Assembly (NCBI GenBank): GCA_951406725.2
Contig: OX597817.1
Location: 44,888,001-44,952,000 of the forward strand
Origin: Octopus vulgaris
Lineage: Eukaryota
Length of the DNA: 64,000 nt
Direction of reading: 5' to 3'
The notes below the pieces were generated by a model that was not told where the DNA came from, did not search any database, and saw only the letters and a list, made by a program, of their open reading frames with translations. Positions 27,240-41,483 of this stretch are shown piece after piece. The position numbers and the translations under genes are program-made. Position 1 is the stretch's first letter, and every line of letters starts with the position of its first letter.

Positions 27240-29399
27240 GCACACACGCACGCATACGTATACACGCACACACACATATATATATATTTATACATATATA
27301 CGTATATAAATAATAGACATGCCTGTACATATATACGGTGAAATGTATATTTATACGAGTATATAGAGATGCACATATATGAATTTAAATTACACCTACA
27401 ATTTTAAGTACCTTATTGAAAATATACCCGGCTGCATCGGTTTTACTCACATGTTTATCGACATATCGAAGTTGCTGTTGCGAATATTCGATCATTGAAC
27501 TGATCAAGATCATTACTGTATGATTGGTTAACCTGCTCGTGTATGATTGCTGCCAGATAAATGTCTACAAATAAAAACTAAATTGAAACTACTGCATGGA
27601 GTTTCTCCAAACTGAATTTAATTGGACGCAATATAGTCCTCTCTTAAAGCATGCGTGATAATACTCAGTAAAACCAACTTCGAACGTTTATTATCGCTAC
27701 TCAAACGGAACTAAAACTCATTGCTGACTCTGAATTATAATTTACCACCCTGAGAAACTGAATAATTTATTTCATATGGAACACCGATGCGGTGTCATGT
27801 ATTAATTTATTTATTGTTTCCTCCATAGAATGATGATGCTAAGATATTTCTGTTTGAAGTGTTTGGCGCAGTGCTTTAATTCTGGACGGCTTGATATCCA
27901 TGCTTTCTTTTATGTTCCTGAGGAGAATGGTACATGAATAATTCGGAGATAACATGACAGAAATTATAACATTAGTACAAATTACATTCTTGGAAAAATT
28001 CAAATGACTAGCAATGCAGTTTCGTTATTCGGCCAGAAATATTAGAAGAGATGACTAGCAAAATATTTGCATCACTGACACCACGGTGAAATATTTGAGA
28101 GAAAAATCAGAAATAATGTTGGTGTAATAATATTTAAATATTATGACCAACACGGCGATGCACTCATTATAATCGATCAATTCGTGACTGTTAGATTTAT
28201 TTCTTTAATTAAGTTGTAAAATAATTGTAATCGATTTTTTCAGTGCATGTACACTTATTATAAAGTGAAATCAAGTTCCTGGGAAGTAATTTATTTCATG
28301 CAGTTTTCATTCCCAATTGAGTCGTTTTTACATGACTTGCCTCTCATGTATTTCTCTCTCACATTTCTCTCTTTTCATTTCTGATGGCTGACGGTTGACA
28401 ACTTCAGAGATGCCTGATTCTCTTTCCTTGGGATGTGGAACAAATGAATCCAGAGATCCGTTGGTTGGAGAGAATGGATCAGTGTGATAACGACGTTAAA
28501 CTGCTCCTTCAACGACAACAATAACAACAACCATAACCACAACCACAGCAGCAACAACAACAACAACAAAAATAAAATTTAATTTATTTCAAAAGATTAT
28601 TCATAGCATCCATAATCTCTTAAAGATTTTATTCAGATTTACGCCACCCGAACCTCAGAACTATAAATATAAATATGTGCACAGACACGCTTGCGTGCGC
28701 GCATGTGCTTGTGTGCTGTGGATCTCGTACACATACACATTTATTTACATACATATAATGTAGCACATGCATGTGCATACATGATAATGCTTCTAGTGTT
28801 TGAAGGTCCTAACACCAAACAACGAGTTGGAAAGCACTAAAAGCGCTCTTTTCAACATCGAAATATCGCCCCAGTATTTGGGCTTGTAATGTCATTTCAA
28901 ATGCTGCGGAATCTGTCTTCCCATGCAGTTTATATTTTCATACATAAAGGAGTAAATTACACATTTTGAAAGAGATAAATTGAAGTAGATGGGCAATATT
29001 CAGCTAGATGTAGATTACAAAATAATTGAAAGCTACCATTTCTATCACTTATTGCAGTAGCATCAGTATCAGTAGCAGCAACACAACCAACTACTTCTGC
29101 TGCTTCTACTAATTCTAATAACAATAATAATTTCAAATTTTGGTATGAGAGCAGCAGTTTCAGGGTTAGCGTAAATCCATTGTATCCACCTCAGTACTTA
29201 ATTGGTGTTCGTTTCATTTATCACCGAAAGGGCGAAGGAAATACTCGTCCTTGGCGGATCTAGAACTCAGGACTTCAAAGCTGAGTGTCAGAGATATAAC
29301 TTCGGCAATAAACTCGCACGCAGTTTCAGTAGTTTGCTATGGCACTGGAATCCTGAAGTGGACAGAGGAGGAGCTAAAGTAGATGACAGGAAGTCAAGA

Positions 29400-29745
29400 A
29401 AGACGGAAGTGGTGCGGTAGGATAAGTATGGCATCTCAAGACCTCCACGGTGTGGGTGTTGACAGCAGATGGATTTTCTAACCTAACCTGACCTTTCCAT
29501 AAAACACGGGAAAATTAAGTGTTCCAATCTGGTCAGAGTTTTCTTAGGATAATGTACGACGTCTATGCGGCGATATATGGATTCGCTCTTTCAGCCCGGC
29601 CATTCAGCAACAGCTTCCTTCCTGCCCATTTCTGGGTGAGTTTGGCCACCTTAGTCATGATCTCTTCCTAGTTCCTATCTACCTGAAGATCTGGTCTGAA
29701 CCAGACTCCGAGCACTTTCACCGGACCCTACGTCCAACGACAGAA
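29400..29745 (-). pseudogene. L1/Tx1-clade LINE ORF2 fragment (post-RT region)
   Basis: GPVKVLGVWFRPDLQVDRN*EEIMTKVAKLTQKWAGRKLLLNGRA...WKGQ...VRKSICCQHPHRGGLEMP. Confidence 0.75.
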
Positions 29746-29759
29746 ATCACTAGGCGATC

Positions 29760-30106
29760 AACATATTAATTTGAAAGCAAGAGAAACGACTGATAAATAT
29801 AGGGATCTGAGATTTTGAGATCGCTAAGTTGTGGCAGCTACGTGAGTCAAACATAAAGGTTTTCCCTATGGTCATCGGAGCATTAAGTTCAATACCACAC
29901 AAGCTGAAGAAATATCTGGAAAGTTTAGAAAAACCTTACAATCTAGGCGTATTGCAAAAATCAGCATTACTTGGAACTGCACGCGTATTGCGTAAGGTTA
30001 TGTCTGTCTGAAGTACTTGTGGTGACTTGACAGACAGGACAAATCCCCGCTAGGCATAAGAACTTCAATCAACAACATCACTTTATTAGATACCGTGTAA
30101 CGTCTT
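29760..30106 (+). mobile_element. 3' end of an older R4/Dong-type element (RLE C-terminus + 3' UTR) with a (TAA)n tail
   Basis: DKYRDLR..EIAKLWQL...VFPMVIGALSSIP...LQKSALLGTARVLRKVM parallels KYKDLLIGIEKMWHL...IPVIVGALG...VQKIVLTGTSHVLRRAL. Confidence 0.85.
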
Positions 30107-30117
30107 AAATAATAATG

Positions 30118-30199
<82 letters not shown>

Positions 30200-30201
<2 letters not shown>

Positions 30202-32568
30202 GCAGACTGGATTATACAAACTGAAGGATCCTACCAAAATTTACAACAACAAGCATGGGAAGACATCACAATAGCAGACCTAAGAAAGGCACTCACGAAG
30301 GCCCATAATTGGAAATCCCTCGGTAAAGATAGGGTGCCGAATTTCTGGCTCGCATCGCTCCCGTGCGCACACGGTAAGCTAGTTCAGCTGCTCAATAGAA
30401 TTTTGAGAGACCCAAAGAAAACACCTGAATGGTTAGCAAGTGGCATTACTTACCTACTCCCAAAGAATAACGAAACCAACCTTCCAAAAAACTATCGGCC
30501 TATAACCTGTCTATCCACCACGTATAAAATCCTAACATCTATCCTGGCGGAGAAAACATATGCATTCATGGAGAAGAACGATATTTTCCCCATTGAACAA
30601 AAAGGGTGCCGCCGAGGCTCTTACGGATGCAAAGATCAACTGCTAATCAATCGTATGATCCTTGAGAACTGTCACAACAAGCGCAGAAATCTCAGCACCG
30701 CATGGATTGACTATAAAAAGGCCTTCGACAGTATACCGCATCCATGGATCTTGAGATCGCTGGACATCTTTAAAATTTCCCCTGTGATTTCAAACTTCCT
30801 GAAGCACAATATGTCGTTGTGGAATACGAATCTCCAATTATACCACTCTAATGGAGTACTTGCCTCAGAAAATATAAACATCAACTGTGGAATTTTTCAA
30901 GGTGACTCACTTTCACCTTTAATATTCTGCATAGCCCTAATACCCCTTACAAGTGAATTAAACAGAACAGGGTATGGGTATAAAATTGCCAATAAAAAAA
31001 TAAGCCATCTATTTTATATGGATGACTTAAAACTTTATGGTAAAGACAATAATGAACTTGAAGGCCTATCGCGCACCGTGAAAGCATTCAGCGATGACAT
31101 CGGGATGGAGTTTGGACTTGAGAAGTGTGCCAAGGCCACTTTCCAGAAAGGGAAAGTGAAGACCACAAATTCAGTCGTGTTAGATGTTGACACAGTCATA
31201 AGAGAGCTTGAGCAAGAACAGACATACAAATATTTAGGGATAAATGAAGGCTCTGGTATTCAGCATGCAAGCATGAAAGAGAAAATCAGGAAGGAATGTT
31301 ATAGGAGAGTTCGTGCAGTCCTGAAATCTGAACTAAATGCACGTAACAAGGTGTTAGCTATAAATTCCTTAGCAGTTCCAGTTGTTACTTATAGCTACAA
31401 TGTGTTGAACTGGAATATGAGTGAAGTAAAGAATATAGATAGAAAAATACGCAAGCTGCTGAGTTGTAATAGGATGCACCACCCAAAGGCAGACGTAGAT
31501 CGCCTTTACCTTCCCAGAGCCCAAGGAGGTCGAGGCCTGATCCAATTTGAACTAGCTTACAAAACAACCACAATTGGACTGGCCAAATATCTCGAAATAT
31601 CGAATGACTGGATGCTAAAGCTCGTGGAAAATCACGAGAGACGAAAGAAGCTTCATTCTATCATCAAGGAAAGCAAAAAATTTGCTATTGATCTCGTGCA
31701 GGATACCCAAACTGAACAACCCGAGGGAAGTACGGCAACTATTGTTGCAAAGAAGGTGAAAATGATGGCAATGAAAAAAGCGCACGAGCAATTGGCTGAT
31801 AGGTGGGAGGAGAAACCTCTGCACGGCAAATATGTGACCCGCAGCAAACAAGCTGATGTTGACCAGAAGCAAACCCATCAGTGGCTGCGGAGCTCAGGGC
31901 TAAAAGCAGAGAGCGAAGGTTTCATCCTGGCTGCTCAAGACCAAAGCCTATTAACCCGGAACTACCAGGCCAATGTGATGAAAAATGGAGCAGACCCAAA
32001 ATGCCGATTCTGCAACGACATGATTGAAACAGTGGACCACCTAATCTCTGGATGTAAAGTCTTAGCACCAGTGGAGTATAAATTAAGACATGACAGAGTT
32101 GGCCAATATCTCCACTGGCTAATAAGTCGGCATTACAATATCAAAACTGCCGACAAGTGGTATAATCACCACCCTGAGGCTGTAACTGAAGGAGAAAATG
32201 TAACCATTCTGTGGGACTTTCCAGTACATACAGACCGAACCATCAAGGCCAATAAACCAGATATTGTTGTGAAAGACCAAAACAATAAAGTTTGCTTATT
32301 GATCGACATGAGCATCCCCTGTGATCATAATATCTCAGCGAAAGAGTTTGACAAGCTCAGAAAATATAAAGACCTACTCATTGGAATTGAGAAAATGTGG
32401 CATCTCAAGGCGGTTACAATACCAGTGATCGTAGGAGCACTAGGAATGATCAAGAAGGGAACCGAAAATTATATGAGAATGATCCCTGGCTTACCATCCC
32501 TGCAAGAAGTGCAAAAGATTGTCTTAACTGGTACATCACACGTATTGAGAAGAGCATTGTCGATGTGA
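30200..32568 (+). CDS. RT + CCHC zinc knuckle + restriction-like endonuclease (5'-partial; the poly-Ile N-terminus in the ORF track is microsatellite)
   Basis: NYRPITCL, EQKGC, WIDYKKAFDS, GIFQGDSLSP, YMDD, CRFC..ETVDHLISGC, RHD, KPDIVV..LIDMSIP; no stops. Confidence 0.93.
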
Positions 32569-32752
32569 GAACTGTTGCTGCTCATTTATTTTAATTTAAC
32601 TTTAAAAAATTTTAAAAAAATTTAAAAAAAATTAACAAACTACTGAGTTTGGTTTAATGGCCTACCAATATACACTATGAGTTTCTTTGCCCTAGGAGTC
32701 GGGAAGACACTCGGCAAGAAATGGAAGAAAATTTGAAAGAAGAAAAAAAAAG
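30200..32752 (+). mobile_element. R4/Dong-clade site-specific non-LTR retrotransposon, 5'-truncated, inserted in (TAA)n
   Basis: (TAA)n at ~30107-30199 and 32753-32828; 3' UTR hairpin TTTCTTTGCC...GGCAAGAAA followed by an A-rich end. Confidence 0.92.
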
Positions 32753-32772
32753 TAATAATAATAATAATAATG

Positions 32773-32828
<56 letters not shown>

Positions 32829-32829
<1 letters not shown>

Positions 32830-33290
32830 GTATAAAAGATGGGCTACAGCAAATATTCTGCGCAATACCACAGATTCGCTTGTCATTTGTTTCACCTTAA
32901 CCAGTTGAGCATGTCCCTTAGTGGCTGACAATATGTGCATCTCTGATCACAAGCTGAAGTAGTGGGGGAGCATCATAGCCGAAAGGAATTCTTAGAGGTT
33001 TGGATAATTCAACTTTGGAAACATGGGTGGTTCGTTCAACATCCTTAAATAATCCTTATTCAGGGACCTTTTGAGCAGGATGGTTACTCGACCAGAAGAA
33101 AATGCTAACTGGGCCCCACCTGCAAGGTCATGTGCCGTTTATCTTGATATGAGTTCACCATATCGCGCACATATGGTTGTGATGCATGTGCTTGGTGTAC
33201 CCTTATCAGACGGGTAGTCATGTTGGGTATACTGAGCTTCGTATATTTTACCCCAGTGTCACTTTGATGGCATGCACTGCTCTCTCACTC
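32829..33290. mobile_element. ~460-bp apparently non-coding insert bounded by (TAA)n; probable TAA-tailed retroelement end or SINE-like element
   Basis: Higher GC than the flanks, sharp boundaries with (TAA)n on both sides, no recognisable ORF. Confidence 0.5.
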
Positions 33291-33389
<99 letters not shown>

Positions 33390-34780
33390 AAGAAAGAAAG
33401 AATCGTTATTGTGGTTGTTTCTGATTTAATCACGACGCTAGCATTTGCAAACCAGTGAGAGTAGTCGACACCACAGATCTCAGTACTAGGCTGGCATCTT
33501 ATTTATCGCACCCAAAACGATGGGAACCAAAGCTAAGCTTGGCTATATTTACTCATAAAATAAAACGCCAGAGAAATCCCGCACTAACGATTCTGCTCGT
33601 TAAATTTATAATTAAATTATTAGTGATTAAATTATGATACAGTTATTATACGACCAACGCTTTGGCATTTATTTTAGAAAAGTTAAAAATGACATGGACG
33701 ACAAAGAACAGTAATTTGAAAGCTCATGTAAATTTTTTGTACATTTATGGCTATTAAATTGTATGTAAACTACATAATAATTTAAATATATTAATGTCAA
33801 ACTTTCAAAGTAATATTGTACAAAATTACTTTTGTAACAATCAGTTGAGACAAAAGGAGACAGAAAATTTAATAACTGTTTAGCACCAAATACATAAATA
33901 TTAAATTTTAAAAGATCTGCAAAATGTTCATGTGAAAAATGTCTATGAAAAGCAATTTTTTTAAAGGTTATTTCGTTTTTGATTTCTTTTCATATTTTTC
34001 ATCTATACTGCTAAATATAACATTCACATATACATCCACTCTCATATTTATATATGTGTATATACTGGTATTTAAACTAGTAAAAATTCGATTAACATAA
34101 CGCAATATTCCTGATGATTTGGGAAGCACAACTTTTAGATTAATCTAATACATAGAAAGTTGGTTGTGTGGTAACATATTTGATTCCCAAGCACATAGTT
34201 CCGGGTTCAGTTCCACTTCGTGACAATTCGGCAACTGTCTTTTACTACAGTCTCATGTCGACTAAAGCCTTGTGAGTGGATTTGGTTGACTGGGTGCATA
34301 AAAGCACTCGTCATTATATCGTTGAGAGCCGAGAATCGTCTGCTATGGATGCCGAATCTACCAGATGACGCGGTTTCAACCTTTTACGGTTTCCTCAATG
34401 GTAGATGAGCAGCAGCGGCATAGCAGCTGGATCTCCCATCAATAGTATATAGAATATCTGTATCTATACAGGCACTGGTGCTGCAAGTAGTTAGTGGACT
34501 TATTTAAAAAAAATAATAGTAATAGAAGCGCTATTAATACCAAAAGATAATCTTTATCTCCAACATAAAGTGTTCCCATGTACTTTACATTCATTCTATG
34601 TAACTGAAGAAGGCCGAGCAGATTACACCACATTGTTATTTACATGTCCAATATGCATGATGGTCATGCTTTGTGTAGCAAAATATTGGTATTAATCTTA
34701 GTTCATAGTGGCTCTTATATAAGAGGGAAATTTAAAAGTATAGTTTTCCTACTATACGTAATATCAGGAAAGAAGGTATA

Positions 34781-35003
34781 CTCTTTTACCCTTTTACATG
34801 TTTCAGTCATTTGGATGTGGCCATGCTGGAGCACCGCCTTTAGTCGAGCAAATCAACCCTAGGACATATTCTATAAAAGCCTAGTACTTATTCTATCGGG
34901 CTCTCTTGCCGAACCGCTAAGTTACGGGAACGTAAACACACCAGCATCTGCTGTCAAGCGATGTTGGGGGACAAACACAGACACAAACATATACACACAC
35001 ACG
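34781..35003 (-). mobile_element. SINE family B, 3' half
   Basis: Homologous to 63165-63400. Confidence 0.85.
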
Positions 35004-35171
35004 TATATCAAAGTCCTTCGTGCATATACAAGATGCTGAATTGTATTATGGTTTTCAAAAGTAAAAATATTTATTAGTATAATATATAATTCAACAAAAT
35101 ATTTCGTATTTGTATAATTTCTTCCATAACTATTCTCTAATGTATGCCTTCTCCTTCACTCTTCCCTTCCT

Positions 35172-35400
35172 GTTTCTTTATTGCCCACAAGGGGCTAAAC
35201 GGAGAGGGAACAGACATAGGACAGACAAACGGATTAAGTCGATTACATCGACCCCAGTGCGTAACTGGTACTTAATTTATCGACCTCGAAAGGATGAAAG
35301 GTAAAGTCGACCTCGGGGGAATTTGAACTCAGAACAAAAAGACAGACGAAATACCGGTAAGCATTTCGACCGACGCGCTAACATTTCTGCCACCTCACCC
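35172..35400 (-). mobile_element. SINE family C monomer
   Basis: Homologous to the units of the 14314-14909 array. Confidence 0.88.
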
Positions 35401-35988
35401 CCTTCATTCTTCCCTCCCGCTACCTGACTCTTTCTCTCCAGTTGTGTGCATACCATCCCTTTACTCATTGCCTGCAGTCAAGTCCATTATATGCACTCAG
35501 CCTGCTACATTCATAAACTCTATATTTCTCTTTTACGCTGCGTCTTCCATTCTCCCAATATAATGTAAAGTCTCACTGCAAAAACCAGCTAAGCAGCCAA
35601 TATTTATTTCGGCTATTATTTATAGACGTTTGGCATCATGTGTGTAGGAGAGTAAACGTTCGCATTGCCCATCTATCAATGTTAATAGGTCGGTTATTGA
35701 CATCGCAAATGGTTGTGTGTGCAGTGTTTTATATCCATAGACTTGATTATAAAACCGAATAATTGTATCCTCACCTTCGTCGAAATATTTCTCCACAACA
35801 CTGGCAAGTAAAAATATGCAGCATATTTATTCAGAAATGTGCTTTGATTACAATAAAATTCATTGTTATAAGACGTACTGGTTCATAAACTTAGTTTTCA
35901 ATAAAACATACGTTATACTTCTAAATATACATAAAATGTAAACACACACAGAGACACACACACAAACATTTATATATAAATTAATACC

Positions 35989-36032
<44 letters not shown>

Positions 36033-36033
36033 C

Positions 36034-36064
<31 letters not shown>

Positions 36065-36111
36065 CATATATTCGTATATATATATATATATGCACATATA
36101 TGCATATATTC

Positions 36112-36158
<47 letters not shown>

Positions 36159-36471
36159 GGTATGGAGATGATGTACAGGTATTTTATATTAGAAGAAATG
36201 AGGTACTCAAAAATTCGGATGGGTATATATATTTTTATATATATACATACATACACGCACACACATACACACACACTGATATATATATATATTTATATGC
36301 ATACACGTGAATACAGGCACATGCACACATGCACACATACACACGCATACATATAAAATTTGTTTATTTCGTCTGATGCAGTTCTGGTTATTTCATATTT
36401 CCACAAACGTCTAACTGCTGCAACAGACAAAAACAAACTATGCCACTGACTGACTCTCTCTGTCTCGGGCA

Positions 36472-36537
<66 letters not shown>

Positions 36538-37003
36538 GGATGATGATGAAGAGAAGGAAAACATGGAAGACAGGGAGATAGAGGGAGAGAGTGAATGAAT
36601 GAGTGAGAATGTGTGAATAATATCTATTACATCGTTAAAATCTATGTTAGAAAGAGCGAATTCGGAGCTTGATTTCACCGAATTTGCAACCGAAGGAAGA
36701 AACCTGCAATAATACAAGAAAGAGGGAAAAAAGAGAGAAAAAACTATAAACCTGTCAAGATATTATTTGCCTATAGAACCTCATGACTTAAATGTGCGCC
36801 CAATAAAGGTGTTAGACGAGGCAATATTCTTCCATTTATTTTACAATTCTATAGGCCAAACAAGTAGCATTTTATTATATTCAGGTAGGAACATGATGAT
36901 GTGTGTTTGGCTTAGTATCATATTCATAAAATGTACCTAAGCAATGGTATATTTCGAATAGTGCAGCCGTTTGTTATCATACGTATAAAACACACCAAAG
37001 CAA

Positions 37004-37065
<62 letters not shown>

Positions 37066-37258
37066 CGGAGATGTACTTACATAGTGAGTGATTTGATTTG
37101 AGATCGTGTGCTGGAACGAAAATAATTGCATCGTGGAAGGTGTTTATAAACCATTTAAGAAACACAAAAACCGTTAGTTTCACTTCAACATTTATATTTA
37201 ATTTGTCAAAATATTTTCGTCGCTTTCAGACCTTATAAACACCTTCCACGCTTCAACT

Positions 37259-37318
<60 letters not shown>

Positions 37319-38344
37319 CAATAATGCGGCCATTAGTCAGGTTGACATAGGAAGACATATTTGAAGACATATTTGAGTCTATTAGTAGATTAAAATTCAA
37401 CTATACATTGCAACAGAAGACTATAAATATTTCAACGATATTGATCGTTTGATCAAATTTGAAGTGCCCAGGGGCGCTTAAGGCTTAATGTGATTATGAT
37501 TGCTTTACTTGTTTGATTCTCCGGTTTAACGGTAGTGGTATGCGATGACGGTTTCTTGTTATGAATAGTGGTTTTGTAGTTATTTGTTACTCCTGAAGGA
37601 GAATACATTGACATAAACCAGTTACAAGATATATTTGACGTATCTCTTCATGGGTTCACTGCAAATTTGGTGCAAAGTATTTAGGTTGCATATTATGCTA
37701 GTGAGCCCTCAAGATTGGTGCCATGATCGAAAGAATTTGTGCTTTTGGAGTTGATGACAAATATGATAAGGACTCGAAGGAAATAGCGTGTGGTGAACAG
37801 AACTGAGCAACGAAGTAACTCCGAATTAATATTGTATATCAAAGAGAGACAGAAAGAGAAGGAGTGAGAGAGGAGTGAAAGAGAAACAAAGTGACGGAAA
37901 CCCGTTATAAGTTGCTATATTGCGATATGACACGCAGTTAGATAATTATTTAAGTACCTGCCAAGGTCGATAACAAACCTGCTTTCTCCAATTTCTTTGG
38001 AGTTCCTTTATGGTTCAATCTGTAAGTAACTAATATATATAGCAGTAGTAAAATAGTGACGATTGTCATTAAGAATTGATAGCAGGAGTTTATATGAGAT
38101 TCTAACTAGAAGTTATATCCAGTACTGATTTTTGTTACGACGTTTCGTATCCGCGACATCAGATGTAAACAAACATTTAGATCGTAGAGGAAAAATGGTT
38201 CATAGGCGTATATGCCATATTCCAGGAGTTTTTGCTCCTTCATCAACGCCTATTTAATCCAGTGATCATCCACGAACTTACTGCTTAAATAGCCACTACA
38301 TATCGCGGTGTCACGTTATTGGATGTAACAGAAGGCTGAGATTT

Positions 38345-38345
38345 G

Positions 38346-38400
<55 letters not shown>

Positions 38401-38677
38401 TAATAATAATAATAATAATAATGAAATTATTGTATACAGTGCTCAGGTGCACCACAACCTGATAAAGCATATGCAGTGATGTACAAATGTCTGGAAAGTG
38501 AACAGTGTATGAGTCAGATACATGCTTGCGTGAGTATGGATGGGAGAAAATCAGGTGTAGTGTTGGCGAATCTCGGGAAGCATGGAAGTTTTGAAGGATG
38601 CAGTGCTCCGACAACCAACAACTGATGCCGGCAGTTTATTCCATGCTTCAGCAACTCTTAACGTGAAAAAATGTTTA
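38345..38677 (-). mobile_element. 3' end of a CR1-type LINE with an (ATT)n tail
   Basis: Minus strand KHFFTLRVAEAWNKLPASVVGCRSTASFK (FFT.RV...WN.LP..VV motif), 3' UTR, then the (ATT)n tail. Confidence 0.85.
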
Positions 38678-39426
38678 TAGCATGCAAAGAAATGAGATGA
38701 ATAATGGGCGTGAAAAGGCATTTAAATTACTAGGAATTTCACTTCTCATAGACATATTTATTTATTGAAAATGAGGGATGTGGCGTGTGGGAGAGGGTGT
38801 GTAAACATTAGAAAAATGTAATACAACTAAGAGTAGTCGTTCAAGCGTTGCATAAATGTAGAAAATTGGGAATGATTCAAGTAAATAGCTTATTATATTT
38901 TTGAATAAATAAAAATGGATTAGTTTAAAATATAGAATACAAGAAATTGGTTAGAATTACCAAGTACGAATATCGTTAGTAGCAAAATCTGCAAAAAATG
39001 AAAAAAAAATAATTGGAACTTGTAGAAATAGAAATACATTTAAGGAAATGATAGCGTACTTAACTTTTGACATAAGAATGAACGATAGATTCGTATATAG
39101 CAATTTCAATATATCAACGGTTCTGTGTAAACAAGTACCATTATGCAACGAACCCTTAGGAAAACAAAACAAAATTTCTTACAGAAAAAATGACGTTAGA
39201 CGAAGACGGTTACAGAAAAAAGGTATTGATTAGATTTAGACACAATATACAATTCGGTGTTTAGCGGAGAAACGGGAGAAAAGGAAGCCAGATTTTCAGA
39301 GACATTTGGTCTATAAGGAGATATCTATAAAATTAGGATTAGTGAATACATAAGCATTGTATACATTCATTGTTAAATATAAGAAGAATGACGCATACAC
39401 AAATGCACACATCTACACACACACAT

Positions 39427-39482
<56 letters not shown>

Positions 39483-39633
39483 GTATATATATGTCGCCAT
39501 GCATTAATATATACATGCACAGATTTATAGTAGAAATGCAGGTGTTAATAGGTAGAGATATAGGTTTATAGCTATGCATCCATTTATCCATCCACACACT
39601 CACACACACACACACACGTATGTATATATATAT

Positions 39634-40045
39634 ATCTTTTACTCTTTTACTTGTTTCAGTCATCTGACTGCGGCCATGCTGGAGCACCGCCTTTAATCGA
39701 GCAACTCGACCCCGGGACTTATTCTTTTGTAAGCCCAGTACTTATTCTATCGGTCTCCTTTGCCAAACCGCTACGTAACGGGGACATAAACACACCAGCA
39801 TCAGTTGTCAAGCAATGCTAGGGGGACAAACACAGACACACAAACACACACACGCATATATATATATATGTACATATATACGACGGGCTTCTTTCAGTTT
39901 CCGTCTACCAAATCCACTCACAAGGCATTGGTCGGCCCGAGGCTATAGTAGAAGACACTTGCCCAATGTGCCACGCAGTCGGACTGAAACCGGAACCATC
40001 ATGTGGCTGGTAAACAAGCTACTTGCCACACAGCCAATCCTACGC

Positions 40046-40047
<2 letters not shown>
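39634..40047 (-). mobile_element. SINE family B, full length
   Basis: Reverse-complement homology to 62564-62965. Confidence 0.9.
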
Positions 40048-40103
<56 letters not shown>

Positions 40104-40864
40104 TATATATATATATTCAGTTACATATGAATAAAAAAATGGGTTGAGGTTCACTACAGCTGTTTCAACGTGTTTTTGTTGACGAAGAAATCAGTTACAT
40201 CAGGTAAAAACCTATTTTTTCTTCACGTGAATGAAAATTAAAATTAAATTTACCATTTAGGAATTTTCTCACAAAGGGTATAGAATGCATATTCGCTCCC
40301 TCATCTCGCTGCCGGTTGACTCTCTCCACTCTTGCTGTCCTTATTATTAAAATTCCTCGATTTTATTGGATTGTTTCCAGTAGTCACTATAGGTACATTA
40401 CCGACGGGTTAACCCATTCGTTCTATTGAATGACTTAAGAACATTGATGCTACTTTCTTGATGGAATGATACCGCATGGGGAAGCAGGTAAATAACAAGA
40501 TGGAAAGATGGAAGCAGAGTAGACATCAGAGCAAGAAAGGTTAGAAAGAGTTAAGTGGATGGTAAAGAGAAAGATGGAAATGCATGATATAAGTGGTTGT
40601 AAGCCAAATTTGTTACAAAAAAAGGAGAAAAGGTAATGACCATTATTTCTAACTTGTTTTTTTTTTCATATACCACACTTAATATATACCAGTTTGTCTG
40701 TAGTACATCTGGAGCGGGTTCACGATATAGAATTGTGATGAACCATAATCTTAGACGCTGGCACAAACTTATCGGGCGTTCTTCACTAAACTAAATGATG
40801 TTGTTGGCATGGTGTACCAACAGAGATCTAATGAGGTATTTTGCCCGGATTGATAATCCCTTAT

Positions 40865-40933
<69 letters not shown>

Positions 40934-41031
40934 TAATATAGGATAACATTTTTCGAATAATTAGAATTAGAATTTTCTTCTTTTGCCCTTGTTTATAAGT
41001 TATATATATGTATATATATATATGTATATGT

Positions 41032-41086
<55 letters not shown>

Positions 41087-41483
41087 TAAAACGGTAAGAT
41101 AACAAAAGAAAGAAAGAGACCTCAATATTATGTAAATAGAGGAAATTTATCTATACAATTTTTCGAAAATTTTTTAGGGAAATTTTTCAACAAAAATTTT
41201 CGAAAAATATTTGGCTAAAATTTTCGAAAAATTTTTGGGAAAATTTTCGAAAATATTTTGGTGATAATTTTCTAAAATTTTTGGGGAAAGTTTTCTGTGA
41301 AAGTTTTCGAAAAATTTTTTGGGAAAATTTTCGGTGAAAATTCTCGAAAAATTTTTGGATAAAATTTTCGAAAAAACATTGGGGAAAAATTTTCGTGAAA
41401 TTTTTGCGCAAAATTTTCGAAAAACTTTTGGGTAAAATTTTCGGTGAAAATTTTGGAAATATTTGTGGAGAGAATTTTCGAAA

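Noticed and set aside
28375-28520. Short purine-rich stretch as a host exon
   Set aside because: No convincing splice-site pair or recognisable protein.
34595-34670. CTGAAGAAGGCC hammerhead start
   Set aside because: No downstream GAAA, stem III or stem I complement.
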